DNA from: Mucisphaera calidilacus
Lineage (GTDB): Bacteria; Planctomycetota; Phycisphaerae; Phycisphaerales; Phycisphaeraceae
Reading direction: 5' to 3'
Assembly (NCBI RefSeq): GCF_007748075.1
Contig: NZ_CP036280.1
Span: forward strand, 1,470,001-1,502,000
DNA: 32,000 bases
Position 1 is the stretch's first letter, and each line of letters begins with the position of its first letter. Shown here piece by piece: positions 12,748 to 20,883 of the stretch. The notes under the pieces are model-generated. The model was not told the DNA's origin. It was given only the letters and a program-made list of their open reading frames with translations, and searched no databases. The translations under genes were made by a program, and so were the position numbers.

Positions 12748-15441
12748 ATGGCCAAGAAAACCAACAAGAAGTCCAAGACCAAGAGCAAGGCCAGGAGCAG
12801 CAAAGCGGCCGCCAACAAAATGGTCTACTCATTCGGTCAGACCAAGACCGACGGCGACGGATCGATGAAGGAACTGCTCGGCGGCAAGGGCGCAAACCTC
12901 GCCGAGATGACCACCATCGGACTCCCCGTCCCCCCCGGCTTCACCATCACCACCGAGACCTGCGCCGGCTACTACAAAGAAGGCCGCAAGCTCCCCAAGG
13001 GACTCATGGACCAGGTCCGTGACGCCATGGCTCGCATGGAGAAGGAAACCGGCAAGAAGTTCGGCGACGCCAAGAACCCGCTGCTCGTCTCCGTCCGCTC
13101 CGGCGCGAAAGTCTCCATGCCCGGCATGATGGACACCGTCCTTAACCTCGGACTCAACGACACCTCCGTCGACGGCCTCCACGACGCCTCCGGCTCCGCA
13201 CGCTTCGCGCTCGACGCCTACCGCCGGCTCATCAACATGTTCGGCGACGTCGTCATGGGCGTGGACCACGAGCACTACGAAGCCGAGTTCGACCGCATCA
13301 AGGCCAAGTACGGCGTCAAGAACGACACCGACCTCAACGCCGAGGGCATGGGCGAACTGGTCGAGGCCTACAAGAAAATCTACCGCAAGTACACCGGCAA
13401 AGACTTCCCCCAGGACCCCTACGCTCAGCTCGAGGCCGGCATCGAGGCCGTCTTCAAGAGCTGGATGACCACCCGCGCCATCCGCTACCGGCAGATCAAC
13501 GAGATCACCGGACTCGCGGGCACCGCCGTCAACATCCAGGCCATGGTCTTCGGCAACATGGGCGAAGACTGCGGCACGGGCGTCGCCTTCACCCGAAACC
13601 CCTCGACCGGCGAGAACAAGTTCTACGGCGAGTTCCTCATCAACGCCCAGGGCGAAGACGTCGTCGCCGGCATCCGCACCCCCCAGCCCGTCTCCGAGAT
13701 GCCTAAGTGGAACAAGGCCATCCACAAGCAACTGCTCGAGATCAAGGACATCCTCGAACAGCACTACACCGACATGCAGGACATCGAGTTCACCATCGAG
13801 ACCGACAAGCTCTTCATGCTCCAGACCCGCAACGGCAAACGCACCGGCGCCGCCGCCGTCAAGATCGCCTGCGACATGGTCAAGGAGAAGCTGATCCCCG
13901 AGAAGACAGGCGTCAAGCGCATCCCCGCGAACGACCTCACACAGCTGCTGCTGCCTTCGTTCGACCCCGCCGCCAAGAAGAAGGCCGCGCCGATCACGAC
14001 CGGCCTGCCCGCCTCGCCTGGAGCCTCCGTCGGCAAGCTCGCCTTCACCGCCGAGGAAGCCGTTGACCGATCCCACGAGGGCGAACTGGTCATCCTCTGC
14101 CGAAAGGAAACCAGCCCCGAAGACGTCGACGGCATGCACAGCGCCGCCGGCATCCTCACCTCGACCGGCGGCATGACCTCCCACGCCGCCGTCGTCGCAC
14201 GCGGTTGGGGCAAGTGCTGCGTCGCCGGTGCCGGCGAGATCCACATCGACGAGAAACGCAAGAAGATCACCGTCAACGGCAAGACTCTCGGCGCCAACGA
14301 CCTCGTCTCCATCGACGGATCCACCGGCGAGGTGTTCGTCGGCGAGATCGACACCATCGAGCCCAAGCTCTCAGGCGACTTCGCCAAGGTCATGAAGTGG
14401 GCCGACAAGTACCGAACCCTCAAGATCCGCACCAACGCCGACACACCCGCCGACGCACAGCGGGCCCGCGACTTCGGCGCTCAGGGCATCGGTCTCTGCC
14501 GAACCGAGCACATGTTCTTCGAGGGCGAACGCATCACCGCCATGCGTGAGATGATCCTCGCCGAGACCAAGCCCGCCCGCGAGGCGGCCCTCGCCAAGCT
14601 CCTGCCCTACCAGCGCAAGGACTTCGAGGGCATCTTCACGGCGATGAAGGGCCTGCCCGTCACCGTCCGTCTCCTCGACCCGCCCCTCCACGAGTTCCTG
14701 CCCCACGACGCCAAGAGCCAGGGCGAACTCGCCAAGATCCTCGGCGTCAAGCCCGCCAAGGTGAAGCAACGCGTCGCACAACTCCACGAGATGAACCCGA
14801 TGCTCGGCCACCGCGGCTGCCGACTCTCGGTCACCTACCCCGAAATCCTCGTCATGCAGGTCACCGCGATCGTCGAGGCCGCCATCAACTGCGCCAAGAA
14901 GAAGATCAAGGCCGTCCCCGAGATCATGATCCCCCTCGTCGGCACCGACAAGGAACTCGAGATCCTCCGCGACCTCGCCGAGAAAACCATCGCCGACGTC
15001 AAGGCCGCCAAGAAGGTCAAGGGCAAGCTGGCCATCTCCATCGGCACCATGATCGAGATCCCCCGCGCCGCCCTGACCGCCGACGCCGTCGGGCAGCACG
15101 CCGACTTCTTCAGCTTCGGCACCAACGACCTCACCCAGCTCACCTTCGGCTACAGCCGCGACGACGTGAACACCTTCCTGCCCCACTACATCCAGCAGGA
15201 AATCCTCGAGAAGGACCCCTTCCAGTCGCTCGACGCCACCGGCGTCGGACAACTCGTCGAGACCGGCGTCGCCAAGGGACGCAGCGTCAAGAAGGACCTC
15301 AAGGTCGGCATCTGCGGCGAGCACGGCGGCGACCCCGCCTCCATCGCCTTCTGCCACAAGGTCGGACTCGACTACGTCAGCTGCTCGCCGTTCCGCGTGC
15401 CCATCGCACGGCTCGCGGCCGCACAGGCAGCCCTCGACTAA
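12748..15441 (+). CDS. ppdK: Pyruvate, phosphate dikinase
   Basis: MVYSFG..LLGGKGANLAEM N-terminus, catalytic-His motif GGMTSHAAVVARG, and C-terminal GICGEHGGDP. The conserved family start corresponds to ATG 12820. The 24 upstream codons (MAKKTNKKSKTKSKARSSKAAANK) keep coding-like third-position bias. Confidence 0.95.
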   Translation: MAKKTNKKSKTKSKARSSKAAANKMVYSFGQTKTDGDGSMKELLGGKGANLAEMTTIGLPVPPGFTITTETCAGYYKEGRKLPKGLMDQVRDAMARMEKETGKKFGDAKNPLLVSVRSGAKVSMPGMMDTVLNLGLNDTSVDGLHDASGSARFALDAYRRLINMFGDVVMGVDHEHYEAEFDRIKAKYGVKNDTDLNAEGMGELVEAYKKIYRKYTGKDFPQDPYAQLEAGIEAVFKSWMTTRAIRYRQINEITGLAGTAVNIQAMVFGNMGEDCGTGVAFTRNPSTGENKFYGEFLINAQGEDVVAGIRTPQPVSEMPKWNKAIHKQLLEIKDILEQHYTDMQDIEFTIETDKLFMLQTRNGKRTGAAAVKIACDMVKEKLIPEKTGVKRIPANDLTQLLLPSFDPAAKKKAAPITTGLPASPGASVGKLAFTAEEAVDRSHEGELVILCRKETSPEDVDGMHSAAGILTSTGGMTSHAAVVARGWGKCCVAGAGEIHIDEKRKKITVNGKTLGANDLVSIDGSTGEVFVGEIDTIEPKLSGDFAKVMKWADKYRTLKIRTNADTPADAQRARDFGAQGIGLCRTEHMFFEGERITAMREMILAETKPAREAALAKLLPYQRKDFEGIFTAMKGLPVTVRLLDPPLHEFLPHDAKSQGELAKILGVKPAKVKQRVAQLHEMNPMLGHRGCRLSVTYPEILVMQVTAIVEAAINCAKKKIKAVPEIMIPLVGTDKELEILRDLAEKTIADVKAAKKVKGKLAISIGTMIEIPRAALTADAVGQHADFFSFGTNDLTQLTFGYSRDDVNTFLPHYIQQEILEKDPFQSLDATGVGQLVETGVAKGRSVKKDLKVGICGEHGGDPASIAFCHKVGLDYVSCSPFRVPIARLAAAQAALD

Positions 15442-15470
15442 GCCCCACGACAACCCGAAACTCACACCAG

Positions 15471-15498
15471 CCCACCGGCACACGCCGGTGGGTTTTTT
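15471..15498 (+). terminator. Rho-independent terminator between convergent ppdK and the sulfatase gene
   Basis: CCCACCGGC-ACAC-GCCGGTGGG hairpin followed by TTTTTT. Confidence 0.85.
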
Positions 15499-15512
15499 CA
15501 TGGCTCAGCCGC

Positions 15513-17039
15513 TCAGGGCAGCGGCTCGCCCGTGGTGTCGTTGAAGTCGTTGCGAAGACTCTGCAGACGGTAGAGCAGGTCCTCCTGAACGTCGGCGTAG
15601 GCCGGGTCGCCATACACGCTGTTCATCTCCTGAGGGTCAAGACTCAGGTCGTACATCTCGAACGTGTCGTGCTCGTAGAAGTACATCAGCTTGTGCGTGG
15701 CCGTGCGCACGCCGTAGTGCGCCGGCACCCGGTGCCACGCCTCCGACGCTGAGAAGTGGTAGTAGATCGACGAACGCGGAAAAGCCGCCGGCTGCCCCTT
15801 GAGCACCGAGAGAATCGACACCCCGTGCATCGAACCCGGAACCTCCGCCCCAGCCGCATCAAGCAGCGTCGGAGCCACGTCGATGTTCTGCGCCAGATCA
15901 GCACGCGTCAGACCCGCCGGGAACCGACCGGGCCAGCGCGCGATAAACGGCATCCGGAACGACTCCTCGTACATCCAACGCTTGTCGAACCAGCCGTGCT
16001 CGCCCAGATAAAACCCCTGATCGGAGCTGTAGATCACGATCGTGTTCTCCTCCAGACCCGAGCCCTGCAGGTAATCCAGCAGCCGACCGATGTTCCGGTC
16101 AACCCCAGCCACACAGCGAAGATAGTTCCCCAGGTAACGCTGATACTTCCAGCGGAGAATCTCCGAAGGCGTCATGTCCTTCTCGTTCTCGATCAGCCAC
16201 GCGTTCTCCTCAGCGAACGCCGTCTCGTACGTCGCCCGCTGCTCGGGCGTCATGCTCCGCACCGTCGCCTCGTAGGTGAACCGGCTGTCATCATCCGGAT
16301 GATCGATCGCCAGGTCATGCCCCCAGAGCATATGCCGAGCGATCTCCATCTCCTGCACACGCTGAACCCCCGAGCGCCTCGAGTAATCGTCCTCAAGCGT
16401 CGGCGGCACGGGAATCGGATCACGGTAGAGGTGCAACTCCTGCGGCCCCGGCTGCCACGACCGGTGCGGCGCCTTGTAATGCACCATCAGCAGGAACGGA
16501 CGCTCCGCGTCACGGCCGTCCATCCACGCCATCGCCTTCTCCGTCGTCAGGTCGGTCGAATACCCCTCCACACGCCGACGGCCCTCCTCGTGATGAATGT
16601 ACTCGGGGTTGTAATACCGGCCCTGACCCGGCAGAACCTCCCAGTGATCAAAACCCGTCGGGTCCGACTTCAGATGCCACTTGCCCACAATCGCCGTCTG
16701 ATACCCCGCCTCACGCAGCAGCTTCGGCATCGTCGTCTGACTGCCGTCGAAGGTCTGCTGGTTCGTCATCTGCCCGTTGGCGTGGCTGTGCAGACCCGTC
16801 AGGATCGCGGCCCTCGACGGAGCGCAGATGGAGTTCGTGCAGAAAAAGTTCTCCATCAGCACCCCCTCACGAGCCAGACGATCAAGATTCGGCGTCACAT
16901 TACGGGTCGACCCATACGCCGAGATCGCCGACGTGGCATGATCATCCGTAAACACAAAGACGATGTTCGGCCGCCGCTCCTGCCCACGAACAGGCGACAA
17001 CAGCATCAGACAGATCAGCACCGAGAGAAATCGCTTCAT
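15513..17039 (-). CDS. Sulfatase (formylglycine-dependent arylsulfatase family), secreted
   Basis: PNIVFVFTDDH and the CAPSR (C-x-P-x-R) motif in NSICAPSRAAILTG. Signal peptide MKRFLSVLICLMLLSPVRG. Start moved to ATG 17039, which has AAGGAG upstream (track ORF extends to 17135). Confidence 0.9.
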   Translation of the reverse strand: MKRFLSVLICLMLLSPVRGQERRPNIVFVFTDDHATSAISAYGSTRNVTPNLDRLAREGVLMENFFCTNSICAPSRAAILTGLHSHANGQMTNQQTFDGSQTTMPKLLREAGYQTAIVGKWHLKSDPTGFDHWEVLPGQGRYYNPEYIHHEEGRRRVEGYSTDLTTEKAMAWMDGRDAERPFLLMVHYKAPHRSWQPGPQELHLYRDPIPVPPTLEDDYSRRSGVQRVQEMEIARHMLWGHDLAIDHPDDDSRFTYEATVRSMTPEQRATYETAFAEENAWLIENEKDMTPSEILRWKYQRYLGNYLRCVAGVDRNIGRLLDYLQGSGLEENTIVIYSSDQGFYLGEHGWFDKRWMYEESFRMPFIARWPGRFPAGLTRADLAQNIDVAPTLLDAAGAEVPGSMHGVSILSVLKGQPAAFPRSSIYYHFSASEAWHRVPAHYGVRTATHKLMYFYEHDTFEMYDLSLDPQEMNSVYGDPAYADVQEDLLYRLQSLRNDFNDTTGEPLP

Positions 17040-17164
17040 GGGAGACTCCTTGATTCGTGCACCCATGCTAGACGCAAACACAGCAATACGGGATTCTTCA
17101 GCAAAGCGACTAAACCCCCGCACGCAACACCTCACTCACAAGGGTCAGCACAAGAGGGCTCGGC

Positions 17165-17668
17165 ATGGACAACGCCCACGGCAGCCACAACGAGCCGATG
17201 CCCGCCGCACGGGACCTTGTGCCCGCCCTGCAGGACGTCTGGTACCGCTACGCCCTGTCCGTCCTGCGTGATGAGGATCAAGCCATGGAAGCCGCTCAGG
17301 AAACCGCCTTGCGGGTCATCAAGCGACTGCCACACTTCGATGGCCGGTCAACACTCAGGACCTGGACTCTCGGCATCACGGTCAACGTCTGCCGCGAGAT
17401 CCGCCGCCGACGACGGTGGTGGCCGCTCGCCAGCGACGAACGCACCACACACGACACCGACCGACTCATCCAGATCGAAGACCGCCAGCAACTCCACGCC
17501 CTGATCCGACAGCTGCCCGACCGCCAGCGCGAGGCCGTCGTGCTCCGCTTCTTCGAACACCTCTCCACACGCGAGACCGCCGAAGCCATGGGCTGCCAGC
17601 CGGGAACCGTCAAGGCCGCCATCCATCAGGCGATCGGCCAGATGCGCACGAAATGGGGTGACGCATGA
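17165..17668 (+). CDS. ECF-type RNA polymerase sigma-70 factor
   Basis: Region 2 (EAAQETALRVIKRLPHFDGRSTLRTWTLGITVNVCRE) and region 4 (LPDRQREAVVLRFFEHLSTRETAEAMGCQPGTVKAAIHQA). Confidence 0.9.
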   Translation: MDNAHGSHNEPMPAARDLVPALQDVWYRYALSVLRDEDQAMEAAQETALRVIKRLPHFDGRSTLRTWTLGITVNVCREIRRRRRWWPLASDERTTHDTDRLIQIEDRQQLHALIRQLPDRQREAVVLRFFEHLSTRETAEAMGCQPGTVKAAIHQAIGQMRTKWGDA

Positions 17669-18126
17669 CCCTCCGAAGCGACTACCAGCAGACCCGCTAC
17701 CCCGGCGACCTCCTGCGTGACGCCCGCCTGCGTCAAACCCATCGACGACGACGAACCACGCTCTTCGCCGCCGCCTGCCTCCTCCTGCCCCTCGGCATCG
17801 CCTCGCTGCTCCTCACCCAACAGCCCGACACACCGCAGCCCGAATCGACACCCTCCATCACACGCAACCCCGCGCCGCTCCTCAGCCCCGACCCGCTCGA
17901 CCACGGCATCACAACGACCATCACCAACGCCCCCGGCTTGGCCGCGGCACCACGACGCTCATTCTCACTGGCGACACCCAAACGACCGGGCGTCAGCCTC
18001 ATCCCACGACCCGCACGCCCCCAACCCAAGGAGACCACCGATGACAACACGAACCCTGATCGCCGCACTGACCCTCAGCCTGACGCTCGCGACCGCACCG
18101 CTCACCACGGCCTCCGCTCAGCCTGA
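17665..18126 (+). CDS. Putative single-pass anti-sigma factor (low complexity, function inferred from position)
   Basis: ATGA start/stop overlap with the sigma gene. It has a short N-terminal segment, an Arg cluster, one TM helix (TLFAAACLLLPLGIASLLL) and a Pro/Thr-rich tail. No zinc-binding HxxxCxxC motif. Its last 86 nt overlap the next gene. Confidence 0.45.
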   Translation: MTLRSDYQQTRYPGDLLRDARLRQTHRRRRTTLFAAACLLLPLGIASLLLTQQPDTPQPESTPSITRNPAPLLSPDPLDHGITTTITNAPGLAAAPRRSFSLATPKRPGVSLIPRPARPQPKETTDDNTNPDRRTDPQPDARDRTAHHGLRSA

Positions 18127-18682
18127 TGAAGCAGACATCATCATCGATGAAAGCATCGTCCAACTCGCCCAGGCCGATGGCGAACGACTGGAACGCGAAC
18201 TCGAAGAGCTGGAGATCATGCAGGACCACCTGCGCGAAGAGATGGAGTCCATCGAGCGCCGTCGCGAGATGATCGAACGTGAGTATCACGGCGACCGCGA
18301 CGACGACCGCTGGGAGCACGACGAAGACGAATGGGACGAGGAAGACCACGAGTACGACTTCCTGGAGGAGATCGAGGTCTACGCCAGACTCATGGAACTC
18401 GTCGAGATGCGCCACGAGATCGCACAAAACGCCTCACTGGCAGGCGTCGCCGCCGTCATGAGTGTCAAGGAGTTCGTCCACGAACCCGAGGACCGCGCCG
18501 CCTTCTTCGAAAAAGCCCTCCGCGAAGTGAAAGACCCCACCATCAAGCGCGCCATCCTGCAGGAATTGCTCGAGACCTACGGCGAACTCGACGCACACGA
18601 CAAAGCACACCGTGTTCTCTGGCACCTCATCGCCGGCGATGAGGACCGCCCCGAACGCGAACGCCGTGAACGCACGGAATAG
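18041..18682 (+). CDS. Secreted highly acidic coiled-coil protein (213 aa), unknown function
   Basis: ATG 18041 preceded by AAGGAGA. Signal peptide MTTRTLIAALTLSLTLATAPLTTASA/Q. D/E/H-rich block HGDRDDDRWEHDEDEWDEEDHEYDF at nt 18287-18361. The track ORF 17717..18682 was trimmed. Confidence 0.75.
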   Translation: MTTRTLIAALTLSLTLATAPLTTASAQPDEADIIIDESIVQLAQADGERLERELEELEIMQDHLREEMESIERRREMIEREYHGDRDDDRWEHDEDEWDEEDHEYDFLEEIEVYARLMELVEMRHEIAQNASLAGVAAVMSVKEFVHEPEDRAAFFEKALREVKDPTIKRAILQELLETYGELDAHDKAHRVLWHLIAGDEDRPERERRERTE

Positions 18683-18713
18683 AGCCACGACGACATAAAC
18701 GCCCCCCCAACCG

Positions 18714-18742
18714 CCCGTCGACACCACGTCGGCGGGCTTTTT
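18714..18742 (+). terminator. Rho-independent terminator between convergent genes
   Basis: CCCGTCGAC-ACCAC-GTCGGCGGG hairpin (one G-U pair) followed by CTTTTT. Confidence 0.75.
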
Positions 18743-18748
18743 AGTTGG

Positions 18749-19402
18749 CTAGATGCCCGCAATCAAAGCGATCAAGCGCTCGGACAACACGATCAGCCGC
18801 GACGAAATCAGCGTGTCGAAGATCACGAAACCGAACACAAAGGCGAGAATCATAAAGCCCTGATTCCCGGGCTCCCAGACAAACCGGGCATAAAAGCGCG
18901 CGTACGTCGCGACGATGTGCGATCCGTCCAGCGGGGGCACCGGCATCAGGTTAAAAACAGCCAGCCAGAGATTCGCCGAGCCCGCAACACTCAGGAACAG
19001 CACGATGCGCTTCGCCAACTCATCGTCACCAGGCAGCAACGAAAACCGGATCAGCAGACCACACGTCACCATCGCCAACAGCGCCAGCAGCACATTCGTC
19101 GCAGGACCGGCAGCCGCCACGAGCGCCTCGGCATGCCGTCCGCGCAGCCGCGACGAATCAATCGGCATCTGACCCCACGCGATCCCCACAATCGCCAACG
19201 CCACCAGCGAAAACGGCCCCATATGAACCAGCGGATTGCCCGTCAGGCGACCCATCGCCATCGGCGTCGGATCACCCAGCCGGTACGCCGTCCAGCCGTG
19301 CGCCAACTCGTGCAGCGTGATGCTGATGATCACCACCACGATCCAGCACAAAGCGAAAAACTGTGTGGCCGGGTTGAAAAGCTTCGCGATGAACAGATCC
19401 AT
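18749..19402 (-). CDS. Site-2 protease family (peptidase M50) intramembrane metalloprotease
   Basis: HELAHG (HExxH) in the first TM region and NLMPVPPLDGSH (NxxPxxxLDG) motif. Polytopic, 217 aa, no PDZ domain. Confidence 0.85.
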   Translation of the reverse strand: MDLFIAKLFNPATQFFALCWIVVVIISITLHELAHGWTAYRLGDPTPMAMGRLTGNPLVHMGPFSLVALAIVGIAWGQMPIDSSRLRGRHAEALVAAAGPATNVLLALLAMVTCGLLIRFSLLPGDDELAKRIVLFLSVAGSANLWLAVFNLMPVPPLDGSHIVATYARFYARFVWEPGNQGFMILAFVFGFVIFDTLISSRLIVLSERLIALIAGI

Positions 19403-19472
19403 AGTGATCTCCGGGGGTTCGTCGCATGTTAGACGCCTGCGGCCTTCCGTGCGGCTCGCTAGACTTCATGCC

Positions 19473-20159
19473 ATGCGACGGATGATCGTCACACTCGATG
19501 GCCCGGCAGGATCGGGCAAGTCCACCACCGCCTGGCAACTCGCCAGCCGCCTCGGCGTCGAAATGCTCGACACCGGCGCGATGTACCGCGGCATCACCGC
19601 CAAGGCACTCGACCGCGGCATCGACATCGCCACTGAGCCCCACGCCGTCATCGAACTCGCCCGCTCCTCAGAAGTCCGATTCGACTGGACACAGCAGCCG
19701 CCGAGACTCTGGGTCGGACGACGCGACATGACCGACCGCCTGCGCGACCACGACGTCACCAACTGGGTCTCCGACGTCTCATCCATGCCCGCCATCCGAC
19801 ACGTCATGGTCAAGGCCCAGCGGCGCATCGCCAGCGAGCACCCGCGGCTCGTGACCGAGGGACGCGACCAGGGCTCCGTCGTCTTCCCCGACGCCGACGC
19901 CAAGTTCTATCTCGACGCCTCACCGCAGGTCCGTGCCAAACGCCGCGCCGACCAGCTACGAGCAGCCGGAAAACCCGTCGACCTCGACCAGATCCGCGAG
20001 GCCATCATCCTCCGCGACCGCAAGGACGCCGCCCGCAAGGACGGACCGCTCATCTGCCCCGAGGATGCCCAACGCATCGACACCTCCGACATGACCAGCG
20101 AACAGGTCGTCGACTTCCTCGCCCAACGCGTCCGAGCCCTCGTGGAGGTCGAAGCCTGA
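19473..20159 (+). CDS. cmk: Cytidylate kinase
   Basis: MRRMIVTLDGPAGSGKSTTAWQLASRLGVEMLDTGAMYRG (P-loop). Internal start of track ORF 19236..20159; ATG 19482 is also possible. Confidence 0.9.
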   Translation: MRRMIVTLDGPAGSGKSTTAWQLASRLGVEMLDTGAMYRGITAKALDRGIDIATEPHAVIELARSSEVRFDWTQQPPRLWVGRRDMTDRLRDHDVTNWVSDVSSMPAIRHVMVKAQRRIASEHPRLVTEGRDQGSVVFPDADAKFYLDASPQVRAKRRADQLRAAGKPVDLDQIREAIILRDRKDAARKDGPLICPEDAQRIDTSDMTSEQVVDFLAQRVRALVEVEA

Positions 20160-20836
20160 TGTTCAGCGCCCTCTCCAAACGACAACCCGGCAGCCCCTGG
20201 TACCGCGTGGTCTGGTGGACCACCTGCGCCACCACCCTCTACGTCTGGATGATGCTCTGCTTCCGTCTGCGTATGTGGGGCCAGGCCAACCTCCCGAGCC
20301 GCGGACCCGTGCTGCTCGTGGGCAACCACCAGTCCTACATGGACCCCATGCTTCTCCCCTCCGCCTGCCACCGCCGACACTTCTTCTCCATGGCCCGCGA
20401 CACCCTCTGGGACACCGGATGGCTCGGATGGCTGCTCAGCTCGGTCAACTCCATGCCCGTCTCGCGAGGCGTCGGCGATACCAAGGCCATGCGCGGCTTC
20501 ATCGAAAAACTCAACCAGGGCCAGTCGCTACTCGTCTACCCCGAGGGCACACGCACCGACGACGGCGAGGTCAAGGAGTTCTCGCCCGGACTCATGCTCC
20601 TGATCAAACGCGCACGACCGGTCGTGGTCCCCGTCGCCGTCGAGGGACCCTACGACGCATGGTCACGCCACCGCAAACGGCCCAAACTCTTCGGACGCGT
20701 CGCCGTCAGCCTCGGCGAGCCGATCCACCCCGACGACCTCATCCCGCTCGGTGCCGAAGGGGCACTCGCCCTTCTCCAGGAACGCGTCACCGAGCAGGTC
20801 ATGACCATCCGTGAACGATTCGACCGCTGGGACTAA
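20159..20836 (+). CDS. plsC: 1-acyl-sn-glycerol-3-phosphate acyltransferase
   Basis: NHQSYMDP (HX4D) and YPEGTRT motifs. The start overlaps the cmk stop (TGATG), suggesting translational coupling. Confidence 0.85.
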   Translation: MFSALSKRQPGSPWYRVVWWTTCATTLYVWMMLCFRLRMWGQANLPSRGPVLLVGNHQSYMDPMLLPSACHRRHFFSMARDTLWDTGWLGWLLSSVNSMPVSRGVGDTKAMRGFIEKLNQGQSLLVYPEGTRTDDGEVKEFSPGLMLLIKRARPVVVPVAVEGPYDAWSRHRKRPKLFGRVAVSLGEPIHPDDLIPLGAEGALALLQERVTEQVMTIRERFDRWD

Positions 20837-20883
20837 CCCACTCGGTTTGCCAGATCATCCATAGTCCGGGATGCTACAGGCCG

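Noticed and set aside
17040-17135. Upstream extension of the sulfatase ORF to ATG 17135.
   Set aside because: The internal ATG 17039 has AAGGAG upstream and begins a canonical signal peptide, whereas the extension is Cys/Arg-rich with no signal features.
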